A stretch of 64,000 bases of DNA from Spirochaetia bacterium (lineage in GTDB: Bacteria > Spirochaetota > Spirochaetia > SZUA-6 > Bin103): NCBI GenBank assembly GCA_965198005.1, contig CBDAOI010000003.1, positions 864,001 to 928,000 of the forward strand. The letters are read 5' to 3'. Under the pieces are notes generated by a model. That model saw only the letters and a list, made by a program, of their open reading frames with translations, had not been told where the DNA came from and did no database searches. The position numbers and the translations under genes were made by a program. Within the stretch, counting starts at the first letter, position 1. Every line of letters starts with the position of its first letter. This document shows positions 41,692 to 52,222 of this stretch, one piece after another.

Positions 41692-42481
41692 GCGGCCCCG
41701 ACTTCCCTTGGGAGCAGATCCCGGACGCGGCCATGGAGGCGTTTGACGAACGCCTGCGCTTGGTCGAGATGCTGCTCGACCCGCACATCGGGAACGCCGA
41801 CAAACGCGCGGAACGCCGGCGCTACTGCGAGCAGCATCGGGTTGGGGAGCGCACCATCAGAGGCTACCTCCACCGCTATCGCAAGAAGGGCCCCCGGGGG
41901 CTGCTGTTCTACCGGCCGCGGCCCACCTCGCCTCGCGTCCACGATCCTGGGCTGCGCGCCAAGCTCCTCGCGCTGGTCAACGAGCTGCCCACCAGGAGCG
42001 TCCCCCAACTGCGCAAGCTGCTCGCCACCGACGATCAGTTGGGCAGCAAGATCAAACGCATCTCAGATCGCACCATCTACCGCTTCCTGGCCGAGCAGGG
42101 TCTCACCCAACAGGTCCGCTACCGCATGCTCGCTGAAGACTCGCGCAGCTCCTACCGCTCGTTCGAGGCACCGCACTCCCTGGCCCTCCTGCAGGCCGAC
42201 GCCCGCGACGGCATCTGGCTCGACACCCCCCAAGGCCGCAAGAAAACCTACCTGTTCCTCTGGATCGACGACTTCTCCCGCAAAATCCTGTTCGGCAAGT
42301 ACTATTTCGACGAGAAGCTGCCCGCCCTGATGGACAGCTTCCGCTATTGCGTCCTGCGTTACGGCGTGCCGGTTCGGTGCTACGTCGATTATCCCGAAAA
42401 AAATGAAATGCCGAAGTTTGTCGGTAACTTGTTTCCACACAAACAGATAGCGTTGCAAACTTCGGCATAACATTGGGGCTC

Positions 42482-43510
42482 TTAGAGGCCGCACAGCCGC
42501 CTCAGACTCTCCTCATTCTTCCAGGCGGGTGTTTCGTCCGCCAGCCCGGGATCTGCTTGCTCCATGGCTTTGCGCAGCATCGCGACGTCCGCGGAGGCAT
42601 AGATCTCAGTGGTAGTCACGCTTGCATGTCCCAGGAATTCCGCAATGTAGGGAAGCGGCATTCCGGACTGATAGAGGTGCATCGCTCGGCTATGTCGAAA
42701 CAGATGGGGGTGCACTCTCGGCGGCACCTCAGCGCATGCCGTGCGCGCGCTTTCGCCGTATTTTTTGACCAAAACGCTGATCGCATCGGTGGATAGCATG
42801 TGCGGCCTTCCTGCGCGAACGGAATAGAACAGCGGCACTTCGTGACGGTCGACGGAACCAGCATGGAATTGCCGTACATACTCCTTCAGATGGGCAACGG
42901 TCTTGTCCATGAGCGGAACACTTCTGGTTTTGTTGCCTTTGCCGGTCACCAGTACGAATGGGTTTCCTGCATCCAGATGGAAGTCGGTGACGCGCAAGTC
43001 GACCAGCTCTTGAACCCTGGCTCCTGTGTCGTATAGCAGAATCATGATCATCCTGTTCCGTCTCCCCTTTACGGTTGTCTTATCAGGTTGAGCGAGCACC
43101 GTCCTCAGGGCCGTCTGCGACAGGTAACCGACCGGCGTCCGGGCCATCTTCAGTAATGGAATCTTTTTCACCTCCTGGAACACACTATAGAGGCTGACGT
43201 CTTCATCCGCACAGTATCTGAGGAATGCCTTGAGAGCGGATAGTCTGAGATTGCAGGTTGCGACTCCGCACGGCCTCTGGCGCAGCCACTGAATGTACTT
43301 GATCACCGAGTCTCGCGTGAAGTGATCCCATGATACATTCGCGAACTTGATCCGATGTTGTGCTTCGAGGAAGTCGCAGTACATGCCTATCGATCGTCTG
43401 TAGGAGTCAACGGTGTGCGCACTGCAACAGCGTATTTTCGGCAACTGGACCGTGAGGTAATCGCGTACACACTTCCAGAATTGTTGTCCCGGTGTGCTAT
43501 TCCTGATCAT
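42482..43510 (-). CDS. RIT2 tyrosine recombinase C
   Basis: 'LYDTGARVQE', 'GKGNK', 'HPHLFRHSRA', 'FLGHAS..TT..Y'. Confidence 0.9.
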   Translation of the reverse strand: MIRNSTPGQQFWKCVRDYLTVQLPKIRCCSAHTVDSYRRSIGMYCDFLEAQHRIKFANVSWDHFTRDSVIKYIQWLRQRPCGVATCNLRLSALKAFLRYCADEDVSLYSVFQEVKKIPLLKMARTPVGYLSQTALRTVLAQPDKTTVKGRRNRMIMILLYDTGARVQELVDLRVTDFHLDAGNPFVLVTGKGNKTRSVPLMDKTVAHLKEYVRQFHAGSVDRHEVPLFYSVRAGRPHMLSTDAISVLVKKYGESARTACAEVPPRVHPHLFRHSRAMHLYQSGMPLPYIAEFLGHASVTTTEIYASADVAMLRKAMEQADPGLADETPAWKNEESLRRLCGL

Positions 43511-44465
43511 GGTCCACCTCCGGAAGAACGGCCTCGGTTGCGCTCACCTTTGTTGCGAATGTAGCGAAGAACTCGGGAACCAGGTGAAGGTAGTAATCGG
43601 TACTCGTCAGGCTGGCGTGTCCCATGTACCTGCTGAGATAGGGGAGCATGGCGTTGACCTCAACACCGGTCGCGATCCACCTGTTCAGATTGCTCAGCGC
43701 AAAATGATGCCTGAAGTCGTACGCGCGCGGTCGGTTGCCGCATCCGGGTCCCAGGCCCGCCGCCTTCCAGATGCTGTTGAATACCGCTGCTACTCTGCTG
43801 CGGCTGTAGCAATCCGATCTCGTTGTCGGGAAAAAGTAGATTCTCCCGGGATATACCTCGGACACCCGTGCGGCATATCTACAGAGCAGACCCAGAACGT
43901 CGTCCGGCACCGGAAGTCTGCGACTTCTGCAACCCTTCGACCACATGATGTCGATATATCCGGTTTGCAGATCAACCTGCTCGACGCGCAGCGTTCTTGC
44001 CTCACCGGTCCTCAGGCCACAGCAATACAGGAGGCGGAAGAATACTGGGAGGACCAGATGTCGCGCCTGCGCCGCCCCCCGGGGCTGAAGCTTGTCGCAG
44101 GCAACGAAAAATGCCGTAATCTCTTGGTGAGTGAAGAAATGAGGCACGTACCTAGCGGCGGCACGGATGCCAGCAGCCGGAAGCACGAAGGCATCTGCAA
44201 CGCCGATCGACTGCATATACTTGCCAAGTTCGCGGAGCGGCGATAGCCGGGTACGATGCGCTGCCGGATTCTCCCCGTCCTTGGCTTTCGCCCAGCCGCG
44301 AACCAACTCTCTGCTGAGGGATTGGTAGGCGGGATGAAGCGCTGCGTATCTGTCGAAGTCGTGGAGTTTGAACTCAGCGCTCTCGTAGGAGTAGCCGACG
44401 GCGCGCTTGGTCGCGACCAGTCCCGAGATAAAGGGTGCAAACAGGCTTGAGTATGCGCTACTCAT
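43497..44465 (-). CDS. RIT2 tyrosine recombinase B
   Basis: 'YVPHFF', 'LYCCGLR', 'RAYDFRHHFA', 'LSRYMGH...TDYY'. Confidence 0.9.
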   Translation of the reverse strand: MSSAYSSLFAPFISGLVATKRAVGYSYESAEFKLHDFDRYAALHPAYQSLSRELVRGWAKAKDGENPAAHRTRLSPLRELGKYMQSIGVADAFVLPAAGIRAAARYVPHFFTHQEITAFFVACDKLQPRGAAQARHLVLPVFFRLLYCCGLRTGEARTLRVEQVDLQTGYIDIMWSKGCRSRRLPVPDDVLGLLCRYAARVSEVYPGRIYFFPTTRSDCYSRSRVAAVFNSIWKAAGLGPGCGNRPRAYDFRHHFALSNLNRWIATGVEVNAMLPYLSRYMGHASLTSTDYYLHLVPEFFATFATKVSATEAVLPEVDHDQE

Positions 44466-45697
44466 GACAGGCCTGCGCAGTCCACGGGAATCTGGGCGAG
44501 GTCCAACACACACTCTCTCATGCGCTCTTGGTCGGTCGCCAAGTAGACGTCGGTCGACTCTTTGTGGGCGTGTCCAAGCATGGTCGAAATGGTAGTAACT
44601 GGGACCCCCTTGGAGAGCATCCTGGAGGCCGCAGAGTGACGCAGGACATGGAGTCCCTTGCGTTCGCTACCAACCCTTATCCCGGCTTGGAGGAAGGCGC
44701 TCCGAAGCACCGCATAACAGGTCGCATGGCCTGACAGAACGGTGAACGGGGCTAGACAACGAAGGAATACATACGGCGTGTCGGCTGATGGACGCTCATC
44801 AAGCAGATAGGCGGACAGTGCATTGCCAACATCCGCGGTCAGCGGGATCTTGAAGGCGATTCCGGTCTTTGACTGGGCGATTGCGATGGTGTCATTGACC
44901 CAGTCGATATCTGTGAGTTTGATCCTCAGGATGTCTACGGAGCGCAATCCGGTTCGCAAGGCCAACAGGATGATGGCCTTATCCCGAAGCCGGAGTTGCC
45001 CGTTCTGCAGCACCTTTTTCAGTGCATCATTTTCGTGGTCCAAAAGGATCGGTATGATTGGCCTGTTTCTGACACAGCGTGAAGGGACTGCCAATAGCAG
45101 CCGTTCTTCGGTTTCTGAGAATCTGAGAAACAAGCGGATGTTCGAGGCAACGGTACGAATACTGGTGGGCCGGTATGTGGCGAGCAGATGCTGGAAGAAA
45201 GCAGGTACCATAGCGGCGCTGGCGAGCGTCAGCGAAGTGCAGTCGTGGTCCTCCAGGAACAACAGGAATTGGCGGACTGCGTTGGCGCAAGACTGTATCG
45301 TATTCGCGCTCTTGTTCGTGGCTCCAAGCTCGTCCATGAAGCTCTCATGCAGGAGCAGCAATTCTTTCGACTTGGGCATCGGCTGGCGGTCGAATGTGTA
45401 CGTGGTCCATCTGATTGATCCGTTGGCGACGTATTCTTGCAGTATCAACGATGCTCGTCTGAGATGGTTTCGTCTGCCACGTCCGATTGCGCCCGCCTCG
45501 TGCTGTTCCTCTAGGTCATGCAGGAAACCTTGGATCAGACTGTCGCAGAAAAGTTCGACGTTGCGTGCGGCTGCGTACTGCTTGAGCCGCCTATATGTTT
45601 GTCGATAGTGGTTGATCGTTGCCGGGTCAAGGCCGAACTTTCCGATCTCCTGAAGAACGCTCTCGACAAGATCGTCCAAGCACAGGTTGGTGTGCAT
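44462..45697 (-). CDS. RIT2 tyrosine recombinase A
   Basis: 'RDKAIILL...TGLR', 'GLHVLRHSAAS', 'LGH....TDVY'; AAGGAGG RBS. Confidence 0.9.
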   Translation of the reverse strand: MHTNLCLDDLVESVLQEIGKFGLDPATINHYRQTYRRLKQYAAARNVELFCDSLIQGFLHDLEEQHEAGAIGRGRRNHLRRASLILQEYVANGSIRWTTYTFDRQPMPKSKELLLLHESFMDELGATNKSANTIQSCANAVRQFLLFLEDHDCTSLTLASAAMVPAFFQHLLATYRPTSIRTVASNIRLFLRFSETEERLLLAVPSRCVRNRPIIPILLDHENDALKKVLQNGQLRLRDKAIILLALRTGLRSVDILRIKLTDIDWVNDTIAIAQSKTGIAFKIPLTADVGNALSAYLLDERPSADTPYVFLRCLAPFTVLSGHATCYAVLRSAFLQAGIRVGSERKGLHVLRHSAASRMLSKGVPVTTISTMLGHAHKESTDVYLATDQERMRECVLDLAQIPVDCAGLS

Positions 45698-46578
45698 TGA
45701 AGCACCTCCTTGAATGATGTCCAGATCAGGGTCTGGCTCTGCTCATCCTGGACCGTGCCCTTGCAAGCGGCAATGTTATGCCGAAGTTTGCAACGCTAAC
45801 TGTTTGTGTGGAAACAAGTTACCGTCAAACTTCGGCATTTCATTTTCTTCGGGATAATCGACGAAATGCCGAATTCGGCATTTCGTCGACAACGGAAAAG
45901 TTTACATCTCGCGCCACATGATGGCCATCCTGGTCGAGTTACAGGTCAAACGAGTGCGCCACCCGCCCTATCAAAGCTATTGCAAGGGGAAAGTCGAGGC
46001 CGCCAACAAGATCATCAAGAACCAGTTCCAACGCGAGGCCCAAGTCGCCGGGATGCGTACTCTCGATGAACTGAACTCCGCCTTCTGGGCCTGGATGGAT
46101 CTGGAATACAACGTCCGCGTCCACTCAGCCACCGGCCAGAGTCCCGATGCACGTTTCCGCGACGGGCTGCCCGCCGACCACCGCCGGATCACCGATCTGG
46201 AGACCTTCAACGCCCTGTTCCTGTGGCGCGAACGGCGCACCGTCACCAAGTATGGCAGGATCAAGCTGCACGGCAACCAATACCCCGTCACCAGCGTCCC
46301 CCATGGCAGCGTCGTCGAGGTCCGCTTCGACCCCTACGACCTCGCCCAGCTGGCCATCTACGACCCCGGCGGCGGCCTGCTGGAGACCACCAGCGCTTCC
46401 AAACAGGTCACCACACAGGTGCCGGCGGTCCCCGAGGAGTCCCGCGCCAAGCCGCCTGAGGTGTCGGCCGCCGCCCGGGACTACTTCACCCGCCTGCGCG
46501 AGCAGCACCACGCCCGGCTCCGCGACCGTAACCAGACTTCGTTCAGCCAGTTCCGCACTACCCCCAAGGAGCACCACG

Positions 46579-47376
46579 ATGCAGATGCATGATCACGTCC
46601 TCTCCTTCTTCGGCTTCTCCCGCCTGCCGTTCGGCAAGCACCTCCAGCCCGCCGACACGTTCCCCTCTGCCGCCCATCAGGAGGCGCTCTCCCGCCTCTC
46701 CTTCGGCGTCGCCGACGAGGATCTCCTGCTCCTCACCGGCCCCATCGGTTGCGGCAAGTCGGTCGCCCTCGCCGCCTTCGTCAGCGAACTCGACGGCAAC
46801 CGCTACCGCCCCCTCTACGTCCGCGGCGCCGGCCTCTCGGAAGCCCAGCTCTACAAGGCGATCCTCGATGAGTTGAAGATCGATCCGCCGTTCTTCGCCG
46901 GCCAGGCCAAGCAGCTGTTCTTCAAGACCATCCCCGAGCTGACCAAGAAACCACTAGTCATCCTCGACGATGCTCAGGACCTTGCGGCCACCGCCCTGAC
47001 GGCCATCAAGAACATGGTCAACTTCGCCTTCGACACCAAAAACTCCATCACCTTCGTCCTCGCCGGCCAACCCGAGCTGCGCGAGTTGCTCAGATATGTT
47101 TCCTTCGCTTCCTTGCGCCAGCGCATCCGTATCTCCTATCACATGCCGGCCATGGCTCTGGAGGAGACCTGTCGCTACATCGACCACCACACCGTCCGCT
47201 GTGGCCGCCCTGCCTCGATCTTCGCCGATGATGCCAAAGCTGACATTCACCGCCACGCCGGCGGCGTTCCGCGCCTGGTCAACGCCGTCTGCTATCGCTC
47301 CATCCTGCGTGCCGCCGTCAACGATATCCGCATCATCGACTCCACCAACATCGTTGCCGATGAACTCCACGACTAA
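46579..47376 (+). CDS. ExeA/TnsC-like AAA+ ATPase (transposition helper)
   Basis: 'FFGF..LPF', Walker A 'GPIGCGKS', Walker B 'VILDDAQ', 'LAGQPEL', 'GGVPRLVN'. Confidence 0.88.
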   Translation: MQMHDHVLSFFGFSRLPFGKHLQPADTFPSAAHQEALSRLSFGVADEDLLLLTGPIGCGKSVALAAFVSELDGNRYRPLYVRGAGLSEAQLYKAILDELKIDPPFFAGQAKQLFFKTIPELTKKPLVILDDAQDLAATALTAIKNMVNFAFDTKNSITFVLAGQPELRELLRYVSFASLRQRIRISYHMPAMALEETCRYIDHHTVRCGRPASIFADDAKADIHRHAGGVPRLVNAVCYRSILRAAVNDIRIIDSTNIVADELHD

Positions 47377-47490
47377 ACCGCGACAGCCGGCACCGCTGGC
47401 GTTCGCCGCTGGCGGACACCAGCATCACAGGCTGGCACGCGCTGGCAACCCTGCTTGGCACGGTTTGGAAACGGCGGCTGGCTGGAAACA

Positions 47491-47738
47491 CCCTCGGGGT
47501 ATCGATCACCGACGGCGCCAAGATGCTCGGTGTAACGCGGAAGGCCCTCTCGGAGCTCGTAAATGGCCGGGCTGGGTTGAGTCCTACGATGGCCCTTCGG
47601 ATCGCGAAGGCGACCAACACTTCGCCGGAAAGCTGGTTCAGGATGCAGGCGAATCTCGACCTCTGGGAGGCGCGGAAAAAAGAACCACACAACGTAACCA
47701 GATTCCCGAAACAGCCAGTAACAGCAGCACACTCGTAG
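47491..47738 (+). pseudogene. higA: HigA-family antitoxin, 5'-truncated by the transposon end
   Basis: 'LGVTRKALSELVNGRAGLSPTMALRIAKA...PESW.RMQ..DLW'. Confidence 0.8.
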
Positions 47739-48851
47739 CGACGCCCTCGCCGGCGCGGCGACGCCTCGCGCCGGTCTAGCCCGACCGCTCCATCTTCTGC
47801 AGCGCCTTGCGGGCCCTCTCGTCGGCGCGGGCACCCACGCCACCGCCCACCGCCCACCGACCCGCCGCTGCCGCGCAGCGGCGGGTCGCGCAGGTCGCGC
47901 AGCGCGTCGCGAACTCGTCAGCCTAGAAGCACGTTACAGCGGCCCTCTTCCTCATCCCGCTGTCTTAAGTCAGTACCGGGAGATTCAGCCCGCTGTGATT
48001 GCCTGGGTCAAGCCGACGAACCACGCCGGTGTGAGCTCTTCGTTGACTACGCCATTCGGGATGCCGCCCAGGTGGTCACGCGCCGGAGCACGGGCGGCCG
48101 TCCCACCCTCCCACCAACGTGCGACGGATCGGCCCAAGATGTCTTCGCGCTCGATCATCCCGGCGCTTCCACCTTCAGCTTCGCCACCGCCGCACCCACC
48201 CGGCACCTCCCGCGGTATCACGCTGGAGGAACGGTGACCTCCACCCGTGGCTCCATCCTTGGCGCCACGGCTGGCTACTCCGGAGGCGCGCCCGGAACGC
48301 GCCCGACCAGGTCGACGAGCGCCGGGGTTCGGTATGGGCGTGACCTGGCCGGTCAGCTCGAAGCGGATGGTGCTGGCATCGTATGCACCGAGTAAGTGGC
48401 TCGATAGAGCTGGCTCCGAGAAGCGCGCCAGGTGTTGAGCCGGGCGACCGGCGACCGCACCGATCTCGACGCTGGTCTCTCGTACGTCTCTCATCGGCGC
48501 ACTCTCAATACTCGTCGTCACAGCGAAGGCGGGCACTAGGTACCTCATCACATGACTGACGCGTCGTCCGTTCGTGGGCTCCGTGACCGGACAGTGCGGG
48601 CCATCGGAGAGATGTGGCGTTCGCGGCCGAGCGACGCTAACTGAGAACGTCAGTCTGCGACTGGCGCTGGCGCTAAGGCCGTTTCCAATCAACCGAGACA
48701 CGGTCGGTCGCGAACAAGGGGCCTTGGTTCCTACCACTAAGTCCACGAAACCGACACGAAGAAACACGAAGGAATCCCAGGAGGGAACACCGTAGACGTA
48801 GGGTGGGCGTGTCTACCCCTCTTCGTTAGACTGCGAGGCCAACAGAATCCA

Positions 48852-50021
48852 ATGATTGACCGTGCCATTGAAGACCTGATGGCCCTGCTCCCAATCGAAG
48901 GCCCGCCGGCAGGTGAAGGTCGCGTTGCCGATCATCTGCGTGGCGCACTCATTGAGATCGGTGTTCCCGAGGCGGACATCCACGTCGACCAGGCGCAGGA
49001 GCAGAGCGAGTACGGAGGCGATACGGGCAATCTGATTGTCCGGATGGATGGGAATCGAGGCGGGCAGCGGCTGATGTTCAGCACGCATATGGATACGGTG
49101 CCTGATGCGGTTGGCTGCATTCCTCGTCTCGATCGGGAAAATAACCGCATTGTCAATGATGCCGAAGGCAGGGCGCTTGGAGGTGACAATCGGACCTCCT
49201 GCGCAGTGCTGCTTCACCTGGCCCGGGCTCTCGTCGAGAAGGGGGGCGACCATCAACCGATCACGCTGGTCTTCTTTATCCAAGAGGAAGTTGGGCTCGT
49301 CGGGGCCAGAGGGATGGATCTTTCGATGCTTGGCGATTCCCTGCCCGAGATGTGCTTCAATCTGGACGGCGGTCGGTCGGATGTGGGCGTGACGGCCGTG
49401 ATCGGCACCGAGCGCTTTACGATCGATGTAACTGGAATCGCGTCACATGCGGGGCGGCCGGGCGGCGGCGTGTCAGCGGCCATCATCGCGGCGCAGGCGC
49501 TCGCCGAGATCGAGCAGGGAGGATGGCAGAGCGTGATCGATCAGCCGGATGGGAAAGGGTCGGCGAACGTGGGTATCGTGCGAGGTGGCCAGGGAACGAA
49601 CGTGGTGATGCCTTCGATGCATATCCTGGCGGAGGCCCGATCACACGATCCAGCGTTTCGGAAGAAGATCATCGATACGTGGAAGGCGGCTTTCGTGAGG
49701 TCCGCTGAAAGCTTTCATAACGAACGGGGCGAGAACGGGACAGTCGCGTTCGGACCTGGCCCGACCTACGAGGCGTTCGCTCTCGACGATGATGCCCCCG
49801 TGGTTCAACGCTATCTGAGTGGAGTGAAGGCCTGCGGGATGGATCCGAAGACCGTAAGCAACGACGGCGGGATGGATGCGAACTGGATTGTCGCGCACGG
49901 GATTCCGACAGTGACATTCGGGGCGGGACAGCGAGATGTACATACGTCGGATGAGTGGATTGCCTTGGAGGACTTTGCGGCGGCATGTCGTCTTGTAACA
50001 CAGCTGGCGGAGGTTGTGTAA
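48852..50021 (+). CDS. M20/M25/M40 family metallopeptidase (peptidase T-like)
   Basis: 'HMDTV', 'GGDNR', 'QEEVG', 'SHAG', 'GGMDAN', 'HT..E'. Confidence 0.88.
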   Translation: MIDRAIEDLMALLPIEGPPAGEGRVADHLRGALIEIGVPEADIHVDQAQEQSEYGGDTGNLIVRMDGNRGGQRLMFSTHMDTVPDAVGCIPRLDRENNRIVNDAEGRALGGDNRTSCAVLLHLARALVEKGGDHQPITLVFFIQEEVGLVGARGMDLSMLGDSLPEMCFNLDGGRSDVGVTAVIGTERFTIDVTGIASHAGRPGGGVSAAIIAAQALAEIEQGGWQSVIDQPDGKGSANVGIVRGGQGTNVVMPSMHILAEARSHDPAFRKKIIDTWKAAFVRSAESFHNERGENGTVAFGPGPTYEAFALDDDAPVVQRYLSGVKACGMDPKTVSNDGGMDANWIVAHGIPTVTFGAGQRDVHTSDEWIALEDFAAACRLVTQLAEVV

Positions 50022-50029
50022 AAACGAAG

Positions 50030-50299
50030 CCGAGTCGCTGCTTTCCGAACAGATCCCTCAAACGGATTAACTCGGACGTTTTGACGACCTGCTCCGCAAG
50101 GTGCGGCGGGATGAAGATGACACCGTCGTCCCGGCCGAGTACGACGTCCCCGGGCATGACCGTGGCCTGGCCGATGCGGACCGGACAGTTCATGCCAGCC
50201 GGCATGATCGTGGGCGACGCGAACGTCGGGTGGTAGCCGCGCACGAAGCTGACGAAGCCGGGGAGCTCCTTGATGCCGTCGATGTCGCGAACGGCCGCG
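50030..50299 (-). pseudogene. RraA/HMG-aldolase family C-terminal fragment
   Basis: 'VRDIDGI...N.PVRIG...VMPGDVVLG..DGVIFIP'. Confidence 0.7.
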
Positions 50300-50353
50300 T
50301 CCCAGAATCAGGCTGGGAATGAGGAACACCGCCAGATTCCCCAGCGGGTCTTC
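50300..50353 (-). pseudogene. dppB shard
   Basis: Encodes 'EDPLGNLAVFLIPSLILG'; matches 34430-34484. Confidence 0.8.
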
Positions 50354-50370
50354 TGTTTATAATACTCTAG

Positions 50371-51342
50371 CTATGTGTCTGTTAATGCCAGGCTGTAGTA
50401 CTCAGGTTTCGATCTTACTTCTTTAATGAAATCGGCCACTATCTTTTCGAAGTCCGCATACAATGGCTTCCACCTCCATTCCTCACGAGCCCGGCTGTCA
50501 TCGAAGTTATTGTGACTGCGGTAATAATCCATGACCCATGGGTCCGGCTTATAGGTAAATTGAGCTTCCGGAATGAACTTCTTTATAGCCAGTTCTACCT
50601 CCTTGGCCGATAGTGATGGGAAGACCCCTACAATGTTATAGCAGACGGTCTCTATTTGCTCCTTGGGTGCATCATACAGCATTTGTGTGGCCCGCATAGC
50701 ATCTTCATAGTACAGGACAGGAAGTTTGGTGTCTTCGCTGACAGGACATTCAGCCGGCCTGCCCAGGGCCGCATTTTGAATCATCCAGGCAATATATTGC
50801 AGTTTCTTACTGATCCTAACACTGGGACCAAAGATGTTGGGGTATCGTATGCAGCGAAAGTCAAGATCAAATGTCTTCCGATAGAATCTGCCAATAAGCT
50901 CACCATATAGCTTGGTTACACCGTACACGCTAGCAGGCCGTTGTAGTGTCTCATCGGTGATAGTTTCAGTAGGTATTCCCAGACTGTAGCTCATCATACT
51001 GCTGGTAAACACCACCCGCTTTACCCCGAAGAGTCGCGCCGCTTCCAGGACATTCATTATTCCGGCGACATTCCCTTCATAAACGGCCCAGGGCTGTAGG
51101 CGGGAGCTCGGTGCATTTCCAAGGTGAAATACGCCTTCTACGTTGTTTTCCTTGACAACATTCAACACTTCAGGCCAGACCTTTTGGTCTCCCTGGACAA
51201 CCTTTACATTATTCTTGATATCCGCCACGCGCTCTATTTGCGGAGCGATGTCAAACAATATGACGTCTTCGCCCCTCTCTACGAGTCTATGTGCCAGGCC
51301 AGTACCAACCCAACCTGTTCCGCCGGTAATAAGTATAGACAT
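50371..51342 (-). CDS. NAD-dependent epimerase/dehydratase (extended SDR; L-threonine dehydrogenase-like)
   Basis: 'ITGGTGWVG', 'FTSS', 'YGVTK'; low-GC gene. Confidence 0.85.
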   Translation of the reverse strand: MSILITGGTGWVGTGLAHRLVERGEDVILFDIAPQIERVADIKNNVKVVQGDQKVWPEVLNVVKENNVEGVFHLGNAPSSRLQPWAVYEGNVAGIMNVLEAARLFGVKRVVFTSSMMSYSLGIPTETITDETLQRPASVYGVTKLYGELIGRFYRKTFDLDFRCIRYPNIFGPSVRISKKLQYIAWMIQNAALGRPAECPVSEDTKLPVLYYEDAMRATQMLYDAPKEQIETVCYNIVGVFPSLSAKEVELAIKKFIPEAQFTYKPDPWVMDYYRSHNNFDDSRAREEWRWKPLYADFEKIVADFIKEVRSKPEYYSLALTDT

Positions 51343-51357
51343 CCTTCTCTCCTTCCT

Positions 51358-51485
51358 TTGAGGTTTGGCTTCTTGAGCTTAAAAACAACCGTCCAATCGT
51401 CGGTGGCCGTTACTGATTCGAATCTCGTTGCGAGTCTAACTGCTTGGGTAGGTCCGGCTTCACTGAACTTGCCCAGTCCCAATAT
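51358..51485 (-). pseudogene. Dpp-type SBP shard
   Basis: 'LGLGKFSEAGP...ESVTATDDWTVVFKLK.PNL' matches paralog 2. Confidence 0.8.
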
Positions 51486-51914
51486 ACGAGTGATAGGAAG
51501 AGTAATCGAGGGCCGAACAAGCGTCAAGCACCCGCGAGGTGGAGCGGGGTCGCGACTGATCAGCACGAGGGCGAGCGGTGGCTGTGGCAGCGGTAACGAG
51601 GGCTGTCGCAGGCCGGTGCGGCGAGAATGCCGCGGATAAGGGGGCTGACTCGGGTTGGGTGAGACTCGATGAAGACGCCGCCGCGACCGGCGGGCAGCGG
51701 GCGCGGGCGTGCGCGATGAAGACTGCGGCGGGCGACCAAGGCTACCGCCAGCGCCTGGAACGGCGCGCAATACGCGAGCGCACAACTGGCGGGTGTCAAC
51801 GGCAGGGCCGCCGCTGCACAGTGCCGTGGTGCGTGTGAGCGGGTCAGCTCCGTGCATGTCGTCCCCTGCATACAGGATGTGATCGTCCTACACTCCTTCG
51901 CCGCCGCCGGGCGG

Positions 51915-52222
51915 CGGACGTCGGACACCACCGCCAGGAGTGGGATGGATGAGCAGTACGCCTCGGCCAGCGGCGAGAGCAGGTTGGTGGCGCCCGGCCC
52001 GACGGTGCCGTCGCACACCCCCACCCGCCCGGTGATGCGGGCGTAGGCGTCGGCCGCGTATCCGCCGCTGCGTTCGTCCCGCATCAACATGTGCGAGATG
52101 CGCCCCGGCAGTCTGCGCACTCCCTCGTAGAGCGGCAGGGTTTGCCCACCCGGCAATCCGAATACCTTGTCTATGCCGCTCTCCACGAGCAGTCGGGCCA
52201 ACCGTTCGCCAACTCGCATCAC
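51915..52222 (-). pseudogene. Thiamine-diphosphate enzyme (ALS-like) N-terminal fragment
   Basis: 'VFGLPGG', 'RDERSGGYAADAYAR', 'GPGATN'. Confidence 0.8.

Larger units (their letters stand above)
42389..45889 (-). mobile_element. RIT2 element (recombinases in trio), apparently intact
   Basis: Three overlapping tyrosine recombinases bounded by 93-bp inverted repeats (42383-42475 / 45771-45863) containing TTATGCCG/CGGCATAA. Confidence 0.9.
41688..46592 (+). pseudogene. DDE integrase/Mu-like transposase split by RIT2 (parts 41688-42388 and 45890-46592)
   Basis: Joining the halves restores 'LQAD...IDDFSR...YVDNGKVY...PY....KGKVE' and a Mu-transposase-type C-terminus 'VRFDPYDL'. Confidence 0.9.
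40246..47490 (+). mobile_element. TGT...ACA-ended DDE transposon (Zn-finger ORF, hypothetical, Mu/TnsB-like integrase, ExeA/TnsC-like ATPase), carrying RIT2
   Basis: Imperfect terminal IR TGTTGCCCGCCAG / CTGGCTGGAAACA with internal GCCAG/CTGGC repeats. Boundaries coincide with the breaks in istA and higA. Confidence 0.75.

Noticed and set aside
40246-47490. CRISPR-associated or Tn7-type targeted transposon
   Set aside because: No cas, TniQ/TnsD or TnsA gene and no array recognisable between the ends.
47985-48767. 260-aa minus-strand ORF
   Set aside because: Patchwork low-complexity translation; may include unidentified gene shards, but no call is supportable.
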